Part shown: piece by piece, positions 36,628 through 46,741 of the stretch
Layout: every line of letters begins with the position of its first letter
How positions within the stretch are numbered: position 1 is the first letter of the stretch
Assembly: GCA_964452185.1 (NCBI GenBank)
Contig: CAYVKO010000002.1
Coordinates: 1 to 61,445 of the forward strand
Source: an uncultured Candidatus Saccharibacteria bacterium
Lineage (GTDB): Bacteria > Patescibacteriota > Minisyncoccia > Phycocordibacterales > SW-6-46-9
Reading direction: 5' to 3'
Length of the DNA stretch: 61,445 bases
The notes under the pieces: generated by a model
The model's database searches: none
What the model saw: the letters and a program-made list of their open reading frames with translations, nothing else
Told to the model about the DNA's origin: nothing
Translations under genes and position numbers: made by a program

Positions 36628-39600
36628 ATGTCAGACGATTCTGCGTTTCAAAAGCATTACAGCAAGCTCAATGAAGCCCAACGTGAAGCCGTAGATACCA
36701 TAGACGGGCCTGTTTTGGTGGTGGCAGGACCTGGGTCTGGGAAGACAGAGATTCTTTCGATGCGTGCGGCGAATATTGTGAAAAAGTCGGATATATATGC
36801 GTCGGGAATTCTGTGTTTGACATTTACGGACTCGGCAGAAGTGAACATGCGAGAACGACTCACAGAGATTATGGGGCCGGAAGGATATCGGGTTGGCGTA
36901 CATACATTCCATAACTTTTGTAAACGGCTAAAGAATCAATACAGTGAGTATTTTGACGACACGGCTTTTTTTGACGTGGCGGATAACATTGTCAAAATTG
37001 AAATTTTGGAGGAAATTTTTTCCGAACTACCACATGACTGGGATATTCGTTCAGAGCATCCAGAGTTTGGTTTTAATTACTTGAAACCAGCCAGAAAAGC
37101 CATCAGTGACCTTAAACAAGCCGGTCTGTCTCCTGATGAACTAGAAAAAATTCTCGATCAAAACGACGGCTTCATCGAATCCACAAAGGAAGGTGTAAAT
37201 CACGTTTTTTCAAAGCGTACGACTGATGATGACATGCTCGAGTCGCTGGCAGAGCTTGCTGAGGAGTTTGCTGATTACGAATCTGAAAGAATTGTGCCGA
37301 CATTTCGCCCGCTTAGCGAGGTGCTTGCAAAGCGGCTTACACTCGTAATAGAAGAAGCCAAAGAAACAGAAAGCACTAAACCAATCACGGCGCTGAAAAA
37401 TGACATTACCAAAAAGGTGGATGGAAAAAGAGTTTTAAAATCAGGTACACGCACACGAGTTCGCGAACTTGTTCATGTTTATCGTGAATATGAAAAAGAA
37501 AAGTATGCCCGCGGCTATCATGATTTTGATGATTTAATTTTAGATGTTATTCAAGAGATTGAGAATAATGATACATTTCGTGCTGCAGTGAGCGAATCAT
37601 TTCAGTATATTCAGGTGGATGAGTTTCAGGACACCAACGATGCTCAGCTTCGGCTACTGATGGCCGTTGCTGGTGAGCATCCAGAAAATGCACCAAATAT
37701 CATGGTGGTTGGTGACGATGATCAATCAATTTACCGTTTTCAAGGGGCGGAAGTGGGGAATATTACGAACTTTAAAGATTATTTTGCGAACCCAGAAGTC
37801 ATTACACTAACGAAAAATTACCGCTCAAAGCAGAACATTTTAGACACAGCTCGTACCGTAATTACACAAGGAGAAAATCGGTTAGAGAATCACCTCAAAG
37901 AAATTGAGAAGGACTTATCAGCCGAAATGAATTTTGAAAAAAATGGAAGTCGTACCGTACTTCATGAACTTTCAACTCGCACACACCACAATCGCGCGAT
38001 AGCCAAAGTTGCCAAAGAGTTGGTAGATGATGGTACGCCCGCCGAAGAAATAGCGGTAATCGGCCGATTTCATGATGATTTAGAGCAGCTGGTACCGTAT
38101 TTTCATGAGCTAGAAATCCCAATTACGTATAAACGCCAACAAAACGTACTCGAAGAACCACACATTCACGAACTTATCACGATGTGTCGGTTTTTAAATC
38201 ACCTCAATAAACAAAACTTCGATGCTGCTGATAGCTTGCTTCCGGAGATTCTCTCATATGACTTCTGGGGCTTGGGGCGTGATGTTGTGTGGGAGTTAAG
38301 TCTAGAGGCATATGAGAAGAAAGCGCCGTGGCTCTCAGTGATGAAAACACATAAAAATAAAACAGTTCAAAAGATTGCTGGTTTTTTCATTGATTTGGCG
38401 GAAAAATCGACACATCAGCCAGCCGAGCATATTCTGGATGCGCTGATTGGTGCTGGTGTAACTGAGAGCATAGGTCAGGATTCAGCAGATGCTGATGAGA
38501 TTGAGAACTTGCCGGAAGATCCAGATAGTGATTTTGAGAGTCCGTTTAAAACGCATTACTTTTCTCAAGAAAAACTAGAGACGGATCCGGCGGAATATCT
38601 GCGTTTCCTTTCGAGCCTGAAAGCTTTTGTTCGTGCACTCAGAAATTACAAGGAAGGCCAAATACTGAAACTTTCCGAACTTGTTGATTTTGTTGATACA
38701 CACGAAAAGAACAATGAGCTTGTCACTGATACCAGTCCGTTCATTAATAGTCAGGATGCAGTAACTCTCACAACGGCACATGGAGCGAAAGGGCTTGAAT
38801 TTGACGCAGTGATTTTGGTGTCGGCGGTTGAAGATACGTGGGCGAACTCGAGTCGGCACAGAAAAATTTATTTTCCGGAGAATCTTCCGGTTTCATACGA
38901 GGGTGACGAAAAAGATGACTACATTCGCTTATTGTATGTGGCAATGACCAGAGCACGTCATGAGCTCCATGCAATGAGCTTTGCGACTGACGATGATGGC
39001 AGTGAACAAGTAGCATTATCGTTTTTTAACGAAGCCGAGATGGAAAAACAGTCGCATGATGATCTACCAGATACAACCGCACTTTTGGAGAGCACTACAC
39101 CAGATGTCACAGCTGGACCGTATGTTGGCGACGAGAAAGACCTGTTATTACCACTTTTAGAAAAGTATGAAAAAAATGGTCTCTCGGTTACGCATCTGAA
39201 TAATTTTTTAGATGTGCGCTACGGTGGACCGCAAAAGTTTTTGTCTTCAAACCTCTTACGGTTTCCGCAACCAATGAGCAAACATTTAGTGTACGGGAGT
39301 GCAATTCACGAAACGATTGAAAAAATCTATCATCATCTGCGGAAAAGAAATGAGCTTCCCGACACTGATACTGTTTTGGAATGGTTTGTAAATGATATTG
39401 AAACTCGTCGTGTTGACCAAAAGACCAAAGAATATCTTAAAGAGCGAGGAATAGATAATCTAAAGATTTTCTATGAAAATAAAAAAGAAACCTTCACAGC
39501 AGATCATGTGAGTGAGTATTCATTTCGGCAGGAAGGAGTGGCGGTGAACAGTGTGCCGATTACGGGAAAAATTGATAAGCTCGTGCCGGTTTCAGAGGAG

Positions 39601-39960
39601 AAGATGAGTGTGCATGATTTTAAAACCGGATCAAGCTTTGATAAATGGACTGACTACTATGTGAAATCATTGCAGTATGGTCGGCAGTTAACCTTTTATA
39701 AATTGTTAGTCGAGAATTCTTCTCAATTTAAAGACAAAGAGGTCGATACGGGTGTAATTGAGTTTGTAGAACCGGACGATGGTGAAGTAAAAACGCTCAA
39801 GAAAGAAATCACCAAGGAAGAGGTTGATGAGCTTAAAGAGTTGATTGCGGTAGTGTACGAGCATATCATGAATCTTAAATTTCCAGACACAACAGAGTAC
39901 AGCAAGGACGCTCGCGGGGTCAAGGAATTCAAGCAAGATCTTTTAGCCGAAAGCGAGTAA
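36628..39960 (+). CDS. UvrD/PcrA-type SF1A helicase fused to C-terminal PD-(D/E)XK (RecB/AddA-like) nuclease
   Basis: Helicase motifs AGPGSGKTE, IQVDEFQDTN, VGDDDQSIYRFQGA, LTKNYRS, TAHGAKGLEFDAV and LLYVAMTRAR. Nuclease motifs YGSAIHE, GKIDKL, HDFKTG and GRQLTFYKLL. Confidence 0.85.
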   Translation: MSDDSAFQKHYSKLNEAQREAVDTIDGPVLVVAGPGSGKTEILSMRAANIVKKSDIYASGILCLTFTDSAEVNMRERLTEIMGPEGYRVGVHTFHNFCKRLKNQYSEYFDDTAFFDVADNIVKIEILEEIFSELPHDWDIRSEHPEFGFNYLKPARKAISDLKQAGLSPDELEKILDQNDGFIESTKEGVNHVFSKRTTDDDMLESLAELAEEFADYESERIVPTFRPLSEVLAKRLTLVIEEAKETESTKPITALKNDITKKVDGKRVLKSGTRTRVRELVHVYREYEKEKYARGYHDFDDLILDVIQEIENNDTFRAAVSESFQYIQVDEFQDTNDAQLRLLMAVAGEHPENAPNIMVVGDDDQSIYRFQGAEVGNITNFKDYFANPEVITLTKNYRSKQNILDTARTVITQGENRLENHLKEIEKDLSAEMNFEKNGSRTVLHELSTRTHHNRAIAKVAKELVDDGTPAEEIAVIGRFHDDLEQLVPYFHELEIPITYKRQQNVLEEPHIHELITMCRFLNHLNKQNFDAADSLLPEILSYDFWGLGRDVVWELSLEAYEKKAPWLSVMKTHKNKTVQKIAGFFIDLAEKSTHQPAEHILDALIGAGVTESIGQDSADADEIENLPEDPDSDFESPFKTHYFSQEKLETDPAEYLRFLSSLKAFVRALRNYKEGQILKLSELVDFVDTHEKNNELVTDTSPFINSQDAVTLTTAHGAKGLEFDAVILVSAVEDTWANSSRHRKIYFPENLPVSYEGDEKDDYIRLLYVAMTRARHELHAMSFATDDDGSEQVALSFFNEAEMEKQSHDDLPDTTALLESTTPDVTAGPYVGDEKDLLLPLLEKYEKNGLSVTHLNNFLDVRYGGPQKFLSSNLLRFPQPMSKHLVYGSAIHETIEKIYHHLRKRNELPDTDTVLEWFVNDIETRRVDQKTKEYLKERGIDNLKIFYENKKETFTADHVSEYSFRQEGVAVNSVPITGKIDKLVPVSEEKMSVHDFKTGSSFDKWTDYYVKSLQYGRQLTFYKLLVENSSQFKDKEVDTGVIEFVEPDDGEVKTLKKEITKEEVDELKELIAVVYEHIMNLKFPDTTEYSKDARGVKEFKQDLLAESE

Positions 39961-39990
39961 AAATTTACACTCACCAGGTTCTTGTAAATT

Positions 39991-40020
39991 AAAAAACCAC
40001 TGCCAGCCGGCAGTGGTTTA
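39991..40020. terminator. bidirectional rho-independent terminator between convergent genes
   Basis: A perfect 8-bp stem CCACTGCC/GGCAGTGG with a 4-nt loop is flanked by A6 upstream and TTT downstream. Confidence 0.75.
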
Positions 40021-40048
40021 GATTAAGAGAAGTTTGTTGAGTCAGTCG

Positions 40049-40828
40049 TTATGCGCCAATGATTTGGTTGATATTACTTTGAACTTCATTAGCGTTCAAA
40101 TCTTGTTCTATACCTTCCAGTATGGCATCAACTACCTGTGTCATTGACTGATATGGTACTGCACCAGGAAGAGGATATGTGTTGCCTCGATTGGTAACGA
40201 CTACGTTGTACGGTGTCCCTTGACCGCCGTTTGAGGTTGCGTCTTGATACTCGGACTGTACAAGATCTTGATACTGGTCACTGTTTGTACATTCTTCGAA
40301 AGCCGTAACATCAACTCCGGCTGTTTCGGCAAACTCTGGAAGCCGGCTAAGATCCAACCCGTCGTTTGAGGGGGTCTCAGCGTACAAGGTGTCAGCGAAT
40401 TGCCAGAAAGCTTCCTGACCACCGATTTGGCCTGCACATTCCAAGGCTTGTGCTTCCTGCGGAGCTTTAGAGTGTAGTTGTGAAATAGGGAAGTGTCGGT
40501 ACGCCCATGCTACTTGACTGCCGTCGTAGTTGTCTACAACCTGATTCATGGTGTCATGAAAGCGTTTACAGTAAGGGCATTCAGGGTCGGAGTATTCGAC
40601 AATTGTAACCTGAGCGTCAGTCTGGCCACGCAACCAGTCATCTTCGGAAACCGGCTCAATATTAATTTCTTCAGCGGTGGCGGTTTGCGTATCATCTGCA
40701 TTATCAGCAGTGTCAGTATTGTTGCTTTGGTTGCCGAAGACTATACCGGCAGCAATAAGTAGGCCGGCAAACACGACTGCTCCGGCGATAATTAATGTAC
40801 TTCGTGTATTATTCGAGGTGGCATTCAT
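40049..40828 (-). CDS. DsbA-family thiol:disulfide oxidoreductase, membrane-anchored
   Basis: N-terminal TM helix and a thioredoxin fold with the active site CPYC (DPECPYCKRFH). Confidence 0.8.
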   Translation of the reverse strand: MNATSNNTRSTLIIAGAVVFAGLLIAAGIVFGNQSNNTDTADNADDTQTATAEEINIEPVSEDDWLRGQTDAQVTIVEYSDPECPYCKRFHDTMNQVVDNYDGSQVAWAYRHFPISQLHSKAPQEAQALECAGQIGGQEAFWQFADTLYAETPSNDGLDLSRLPEFAETAGVDVTAFEECTNSDQYQDLVQSEYQDATSNGGQGTPYNVVVTNRGNTYPLPGAVPYQSMTQVVDAILEGIEQDLNANEVQSNINQIIGA

Positions 40829-40892
40829 ATGTCTTTATCTGTTTAAAGTGATAATATTAGTTTGAGAAGTCTGCAAGTAACATGATACCAGA

Positions 40893-41513
40893 ATGAGCGA
40901 AGATACCAATAACAAACCGTGTAACATAAAATCCGTCAAGTTCGTGCGGGGTATTACTGGTGAGGACGAAATTTTAGAAGAACCGAAGCCGAACATAGTA
41001 GTTGCTGGTCGCTCAAACTCTGGTAAATCGAGTGTGATTAATACAGTAGTAAATGAAAAGGTGGCACGCGTTAGCAAAAAGCCCGGAAAGACACAAGAGA
41101 TAAACTTTTTTGATATAGACCGGAAGGCGTACCTTGTAGATCTGCCTGGTTACGGATACGCCAAAATGAGTGCTAAAGAAGCGGAACGAATGCGCAAGCA
41201 AATGATTTGGTACTTGGCTCGATCTGGTGCTCCAATACAACTTCTGGTTTTAGTTTTAGATATTCGTCGCGGGCTTCAAGATATAGACAGGGAACTTTTA
41301 GATATAGCTTCCGGGGAGGGTATATCGGTAGTGGTGGTGGCAAACAAGGTGGACAAATGTAACCAAAGTGAAAGAACACTTGGCCGGCGAGAAATTTCAG
41401 AAGAGGTAAAATCGCATCCGCAAACAGTAGTGGGTCTTGTAGAGTTTTCAGCTACGAAAGGTACTGGCAGAGACGCTTTATGTGACATAATAACTTCATG
41501 TTATGCCGATTGA
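40893..41513 (+). CDS. engB: ribosome biogenesis GTPase YsxC/EngB
   Basis: G1 GRSNSGKSS, G3 DLPGYGYA, G4 ANKVDK. Confidence 0.85.
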   Translation: MSEDTNNKPCNIKSVKFVRGITGEDEILEEPKPNIVVAGRSNSGKSSVINTVVNEKVARVSKKPGKTQEINFFDIDRKAYLVDLPGYGYAKMSAKEAERMRKQMIWYLARSGAPIQLLVLVLDIRRGLQDIDRELLDIASGEGISVVVVANKVDKCNQSERTLGRREISEEVKSHPQTVVGLVEFSATKGTGRDALCDIITSCYAD

Positions 41514-42297
41514 ATTAGGAGCCTTACTTGGAGTAATTCAAGGAGTTACAGAATTTATACCCGTGTCATCATCCGGTCATCTTATTATCGGGCGGGAAAT
41601 AATTGATATACCGTCTCAGCAAGCTTTAGCTTTTGATGCTGTGCTTCAAATGGCAACCTCGGTGGCTATCCTGGCATATTTTTGGCGGGATATTGCTAAC
41701 TTTCTTTTGGGTGATGGTGGAAAGGTGGCCGGTACCAACATCGCTATTTCGTGGCAGACTGTAGGGGTTATAGTGCTTGCCATTGTGCCGGCGGTTGTGG
41801 CCGGTCTTTTTCTTGAACCGGTTATGGAAACTGTATTTCGGTCGTCAGAAGTGACCGCTGTTGGGTTAATAGTCGGTTCATTTCTTATCTTAGCTGCTGA
41901 GCATATTCCGAAGACAGATAATAAACCGCTATCATATGGGCGAGGAATTGTTGTTGGGTTGTTTCAGTGTTTGGCACTACTGCCGGGCATGAGTCGATCC
42001 GGCTCCACCATTTCCGGTGGTCTTTTTTCTGGCCTGTCTCGAGAAACAGCAACAAGCTTTTCTTTTCTTTTGGGTATGCCGGTTCTTTTAGGTGCGGGCG
42101 GAAAGAAACTTTTTGACTTAACTCAAACTGGTGCTTTAGAAACACTCGGCCTGCCGCTTATAGTCGGGTGTATTACAGCATTCATCTCCGGAATTTTGGC
42201 TATGCATGTTCTAATGCGGTTTGTGAAAAACCATCGACTTGATTGGTTTGCGTACTACCGGATAATTTTGGCTCTGGTTGTACTATTGGTGTTATAG
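41503..42297 (+). CDS. uppP: undecaprenyl-diphosphate phosphatase (UppP/BacA)
   Basis: TEFIPVSSSGHL and PGMSRSGSTISG motifs in a polytopic protein. It overlaps engB by 11 nt. Confidence 0.9.
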   Translation: MPIELGALLGVIQGVTEFIPVSSSGHLIIGREIIDIPSQQALAFDAVLQMATSVAILAYFWRDIANFLLGDGGKVAGTNIAISWQTVGVIVLAIVPAVVAGLFLEPVMETVFRSSEVTAVGLIVGSFLILAAEHIPKTDNKPLSYGRGIVVGLFQCLALLPGMSRSGSTISGGLFSGLSRETATSFSFLLGMPVLLGAGGKKLFDLTQTGALETLGLPLIVGCITAFISGILAMHVLMRFVKNHRLDWFAYYRIILALVVLLVL

Positions 42298-42324
42298 AAA
42301 AAGAGTTATGGTTATAACAAAAAC

Positions 42325-42768
42325 CTAATCTTCTTGAATGTCTGCAAGAAAGGTTGTTGTTACATACCAGACAAATAGCCCGAGGAGGAAAATGGCAAGT
42401 GGCAAGATAGTACACCAGTTTTCGGCCATGATAGATATGGTCATCCACACAATCGTACCGCCAGCAAAAAAGTCTCGTGATCCCCGCCTCTTTTCCTTTT
42501 CGGACATTTCTTCATGCACACGCCGAGGATGCCAAATCTGATGAAAAATGTAGATACTAATAAGTTGAAGCACAACGATGGCCAGACAGGCCAAAGAGAA
42601 GTTAGCTCCAACGAGTGCTGCGACTATATTGTTCGTGTACTTTTCAGCTTCTGATCCAAGCAAGATGGCACCGTCGCTGCTGTAGTCAGCTGCGTTGCTT
42701 AACTGAGGTAGCAGGAAGGAGGTGGCTACAGCCAATATTGATCCGACGCTTGAGCTTAGTTGATTCAT
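42325..42768 (-). CDS. membrane protein, unknown function
   Basis: The ATG at 42768 is preferred over the TTG at 42798. Signal-like N-terminus ending SNA, plus three further hydrophobic helices. Confidence 0.45.
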   Translation of the reverse strand: MNQLSSSVGSILAVATSFLLPQLSNAADYSSDGAILLGSEAEKYTNNIVAALVGANFSLACLAIVVLQLISIYIFHQIWHPRRVHEEMSEKEKRRGSRDFFAGGTIVWMTISIMAENWCTILPLAIFLLGLFVWYVTTTFLADIQED

Positions 42769-42804
42769 AATTATTCTTATTGTAGCAACTAACTTCAAAG
42801 ATAT

Positions 42805-43380
42805 CTAAAAACCCATGGATCGTGTCATTGCACTATCACTCGATTCTTTCCAGTCATCTGTATCAACCGGCACCTTCCGTTCCTCATCACCTTCAGGATA
42901 TTTAATGTGGCCATTCTCCAAAGCGTAATCATATACCGATCTTGTTACTTTCACGTCCTGAATACAGTATTTACGAATTTTCTCAATCTCTCCGTTTTTC
43001 CACCACGTAATGGCTTGCAGACCGTGGCCGGATTTTTCTTCTCCTAAGGTAGCTTTCGCGACATCATCAAGCTTTAAGCGACGACCAAGACTATCCTGAA
43101 TTTCTTTCATGATATCGACACTCTTCAGTTTGGTGAGGTCGCCTGGGTAGTATTTGTTTAAAAGCGGTATGTCAAAATGGTCTGAGTTGTACCCGATGAG
43201 GGAGTCTGCTGATTCTAGAATAGACCACAAGTCGGAAAGGTCATCTTCCAGAAAAGACAAATACTCATCAGTTTTGGAGTCGTGAATAGCAATTAAAGAA
43301 AGATCAAGATCTACTGCCTCTCGAGAACCAACATCCCGGAATGTATTTTTGGTTTCAATGTCAAAGGTTATTTCTCGCAT
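42805..43380 (-). CDS. stand-alone DEDD 3'-5' exonuclease (RNase H-like, PolB-exonuclease-like)
   Basis: ExoI FDIET, ExoII GYNSDHFDIPLL, ExoIII YCIQDVKVT. Confidence 0.65.
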   Translation of the reverse strand: MREITFDIETKNTFRDVGSREAVDLDLSLIAIHDSKTDEYLSFLEDDLSDLWSILESADSLIGYNSDHFDIPLLNKYYPGDLTKLKSVDIMKEIQDSLGRRLKLDDVAKATLGEEKSGHGLQAITWWKNGEIEKIRKYCIQDVKVTRSVYDYALENGHIKYPEGDEERKVPVDTDDWKESSDSAMTRSMGF

Positions 43381-43439
43381 TTTTTATTTTAAAGTTTCAA
43401 AAAAGATTATAACAAAAGGCCTGTCGGAAGGGCGGGGGA

Positions 43440-44744
43440 CTACTTTTCGTCTTTAAAGAGGTCAAGTATATTTGTGACTGCAACAGTTTCTTGTGTGCCG
43501 GCAGACATATTTTTTATCGTAACCTCTTTGCTTTCCATTTCTTCGTCGCCAATGATAATTGCATACTGCGCCTTCGCTTGGTCAGCGTGTTTGAGTTGCG
43601 TACCGACACTCGTGTCAGAAATATCGACTGTTACATTTAAGCCAAAGTCCCGCAGTTTAGCAGCTACCTTATTTCCGAACTCTGCGTGGTTGTTGCGGTC
43701 AACAAGCGCAATAGCAACATCTATGCTGGCAGTAAGTTCAGGCCACAATTCGTGCACATCTAAGAAATCTGCAAGCGTTACGTCCCCAAGCCCAAACCCA
43801 ACAGCAGGCACTGATGGAGAATCAAACATGTCTACTAGATTGTCATACCGACCACCACCAAAGATTGAGCGGCTATTTTTTGGGTGAGTGTCAAACACTT
43901 CAAACACCATGCCGGTGTAGTAATCAAGACCTCGTACCAGCGCTGGATCAAAAACAGCGTTTCCTATATCGTTGTTTTTCAGCTCCGTCATTATCTCTTT
44001 AAGACTCTGAGCTGAATCTTCAAGGTTAGGAAATTCGTCTATGAGCGTATTAAGGTCTCCGGCAGAGAGATATGTCAGCAGTTGGTCGACCGCTTCCTCA
44101 TCAAGAAGATCAGACACTGCTTTATTAAAGTCTTCGTTATCCATTTTCTTTCGTTTGTCTACAAGTCGCATCACGTCTTGCTTTTCTTTTTCTTCAATCC
44201 CGAGTTCTTCCTGGCAGAAGCTGGAGAATAGAGGGCGTGAGCTGATATGAATAATAAACTCATCTTCACGTGCCCCAAACTCAGTTAAGACAGCGTAGGC
44301 AAGTGAGATTATCTCAACGTCGGCCAAATTTGATTCTACACCAAGAATGTCAGCATTAAGCTGCCAGTGTTCTCGCAATCGGCCACGTTGCGGGGCTTCG
44401 TACCGAAAAAGGTTTGGAATAGAATACCAACGGACAGGGAACGGAAGTGATTTGGCTTTTTTGGCTATCATGCGTGCAACGGTCGGAGTCATTTCTGGCC
44501 GCAACATTACTTCACGGCCGCCGCGGTCTTCAAAGCGATACGATTGCTCTTCTACAATTTCTTGACCGCTTTTGGCTTCATACAAATTAGCAGGCTCTAG
44601 TACTGATCCGGCAATTTCTTGATAGCCAAAACGCTGTACGGCTGTACGCATAACGGAAAACATATACGCTCGCCGGCGCATGTCTTCAGGATAAAAGTCA
44701 CGAACTCCTTTATAGCTGTCAGTGTTTGTGGGTGTGGAAGACAT
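43440..44744 (-). CDS. hisS: histidine--tRNA ligase
   Basis: Class II motifs: MLRPEMT, YEAPQRGRLREHWQ (motif 2) and GGGRYDNLV (motif 3). A C-terminal anticodon-binding domain is present. Confidence 0.92.
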   Translation of the reverse strand: MSSTPTNTDSYKGVRDFYPEDMRRRAYMFSVMRTAVQRFGYQEIAGSVLEPANLYEAKSGQEIVEEQSYRFEDRGGREVMLRPEMTPTVARMIAKKAKSLPFPVRWYSIPNLFRYEAPQRGRLREHWQLNADILGVESNLADVEIISLAYAVLTEFGAREDEFIIHISSRPLFSSFCQEELGIEEKEKQDVMRLVDKRKKMDNEDFNKAVSDLLDEEAVDQLLTYLSAGDLNTLIDEFPNLEDSAQSLKEIMTELKNNDIGNAVFDPALVRGLDYYTGMVFEVFDTHPKNSRSIFGGGRYDNLVDMFDSPSVPAVGFGLGDVTLADFLDVHELWPELTASIDVAIALVDRNNHAEFGNKVAAKLRDFGLNVTVDISDTSVGTQLKHADQAKAQYAIIIGDEEMESKEVTIKNMSAGTQETVAVTNILDLFKDEK

Positions 44745-44789
44745 CTGTATTTGCTATGGTAGCACTAGTATCACGCTCGCTCAATATTT

Positions 44790-45551
44790 ATGATTATTAT
44801 AAACAAACAAATTGGCGAAACACCGCTTTCTGCTTTAAAAAAATTTCGTCAGAAGAATCCGGAATACGAGGATGCTCGTTTGAGCTACGCTGGTCGACTG
44901 GACCCGATGGCTTCAGGGTTGCTTTTAATCCTTGAAGATGAAGAGATTAATCAGCGCGAAAAATATCTAAATTTAGATAAAGCGTACGAGTTCCAGGTAC
45001 TTTTCGGTGTAACCACAGATACGTACGATCTTTTGGGGGTGGTTGATCAAATCCAAAAAGAACCTGTTTCAGTAGATAAACAACAAGTAGATAAATTCTT
45101 GCCTGAGTTAACAGGAAGGCAAGAGATGAAGTATCCTCCATACTCATCAAAGACAGTGGCGGTGGACGGCAAGAAGAAGTCGCTTTGGAAGTTGGCACGA
45201 TCAGGGCGTATTGATGAAGTCACGCTACCTACCAAGGAAGTAGAGGTGTATTCGCTGTCGTGTCAGGAGGTGCAATCGGTTACAAAGAATTATATAATAA
45301 ATTATATAATTAAACATGTTGGTAGTGTAGAGGGAGATTTCCGGCAAGAGGAAATAATTGAGCAGTGGAAACAAAGTTTGGTTGGTGCTCCGGATGAGTT
45401 TAAGCTTGGAAGCTTTCAGATGAAGTGTTCGTCAGGAACGTACGTACGTCGGATTGCACAACGGTTGGGAGAACAAACCGAGTGTGGAGCAGTTACCTTT
45501 TCTATTAAGCGCACTCGAGTTGGAGGGTATGAGTTGTCAGACGCAGATTAA
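44790..45551 (+). CDS. truB: tRNA pseudouridine(55) synthase TruB (short form, no obvious PUA domain)
   Basis: Catalytic Asp motif AGRLDPMASGLLLIL, and GTYVRRIA. Confidence 0.8.
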   Translation: MIIINKQIGETPLSALKKFRQKNPEYEDARLSYAGRLDPMASGLLLILEDEEINQREKYLNLDKAYEFQVLFGVTTDTYDLLGVVDQIQKEPVSVDKQQVDKFLPELTGRQEMKYPPYSSKTVAVDGKKKSLWKLARSGRIDEVTLPTKEVEVYSLSCQEVQSVTKNYIINYIIKHVGSVEGDFRQEEIIEQWKQSLVGAPDEFKLGSFQMKCSSGTYVRRIAQRLGEQTECGAVTFSIKRTRVGGYELSDAD

Positions 45552-45557
45552 TTTAGA

Positions 45558-46028
45558 TTATCCTTTGTCAGCCAACTCTTTAAGTGCGTCAGCAATAGTG
45601 TCCAGAAGGTGGGAGTGGAATTTGGTTCCTCCCTCTACAAGGGCGGTAAGTTCCGGATCGCGTACTGACTGACTTGCGCCCTTAATGAGATTCCAGTGTA
45701 CTACTGCACCACCATGGAAAAATCCCGCCCACTCTAAAAGCTCCATCGCATCTTCCCAGTCGTCCTCGTCTTCAAGGTAACGGTTCTGCATGTCAAGAAT
45801 TTTTTCTTCGGTGGCTTCAGCTTTTGAGTTAACCGTTTCAGATGCACCAGCTTCGTCTGCTATTTTATCGATCCGTTTGATGTGCTTTTCATTTTCATCC
45901 AGTAACGCTTCTAATTCGCTTTCTGTAAATACTGTAGTAAGGCCATCATGGCCTCGCTCTAAGAACTTCACTCCGGTAGTGGCAAAGGCCTTTATTTCAC
46001 CAAGTTTCTTCCACATATATTCATTCAT
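45558..46028 (-). CDS. acidic all-helical protein, unknown function
   Basis: 156-aa ORF with coding-like composition. No motif recognised. Confidence 0.45.
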   Translation of the reverse strand: MNEYMWKKLGEIKAFATTGVKFLERGHDGLTTVFTESELEALLDENEKHIKRIDKIADEAGASETVNSKAEATEEKILDMQNRYLEDEDDWEDAMELLEWAGFFHGGAVVHWNLIKGASQSVRDPELTALVEGGTKFHSHLLDTIADALKELADKG

Positions 46029-46093
46029 AATTGATAGTGATAGTTACTTATATTGATATTCGTATTGTAACACTCGGGGAATATGGGGTATGT

Positions 46094-46121
46094 TTGACTA
46101 AAGCATTAAATATTGTATTAT
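46094..46121 (+). promoter_or_regulatory. candidate sigma-70 promoter
   Basis: -35 TTGACT (46094-46099), a 16-nt spacer, then -10 TATTAT (46116-46121) preceded by TG. The ATG is at 46166. Confidence 0.45.
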
Positions 46122-46165
46122 CTAACATAGACTGTTCATATACGTCTCATTGATAGGTTTATGCT

Positions 46166-46615
46166 ATGGATTTCCGATTTTACCCTGTCTTCCTTTTATT
46201 GTTTCTTCTCTCCGCACTACCAGCTACGACGGTTGCTCAAGATCATCGTGACGACCACCAAGTAGAACCGAATAAACATCAGTCGGTGTCTGATAACTGC
46301 CATATGCTCAGGCAGGCTCCCCGCACAATAAAGCCCCGGGAGGGTTCGCAGGAAATTTGTCCGGGAAGTTACGTCTTCCGAACGAGAAACAAGGCGCTAT
46401 TTTACCCTCCGGAGGCTCTGGTTTCGAACACGGATACGCCGCTTATTTTCTGCATGTATGTCAGTCAGCATAAGACGCGGTGTAGCGACCTATCGTCGCT
46501 TGAAGGCGAGACGATCACCCTCAACGCCTTCGGTAGTCGTTTGGAGGTAGAGATCGACGATAAGGATGAGGGTTGTCTTGAAGTAGAGGTACATTTCGAA
46601 AGACAAAGGCGGTAA
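46166..46615 (+). CDS. secreted Cys-containing protein, unknown function (orphan-like)
   Basis: Signal peptide (LLLFLLSALPATTVAQ) and 6 Cys in the mature part. It has its own promoter-like and terminator signals. Confidence 0.4.
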   Translation: MDFRFYPVFLLLFLLSALPATTVAQDHRDDHQVEPNKHQSVSDNCHMLRQAPRTIKPREGSQEICPGSYVFRTRNKALFYPPEALVSNTDTPLIFCMYVSQHKTRCSDLSSLEGETITLNAFGSRLEVEIDDKDEGCLEVEVHFERQRR

Positions 46616-46644
46616 ATTCACAATACATACTTTAATTCACCATC

Positions 46645-46676
46645 AACGGCTCGTTTTCAAACGAGCCGTTTTTTTG
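46645..46676 (+). terminator. rho-independent terminator
   Basis: A perfect 10-bp stem AACGGCTCGT/ACGAGCCGTT with a 6-nt loop runs into a T tract of 7. Confidence 0.85.
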
Positions 46677-46682
46677 TATAAT
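46655..46682 (+). promoter_or_regulatory. candidate promoter of the ATP synthase operon
   Basis: -10 TATAAT (46677-46682) is preceded by TG. The -35 TTTCAA (46655-46660) is weak, with a 16-nt spacer. It overlaps the preceding terminator. Confidence 0.35.
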
Positions 46683-46741
46683 GCACCTGTCGGTTGAGGA
46701 AAATATATGCACATAACGGCTCGAAGGCGAGTCGATTTTTT

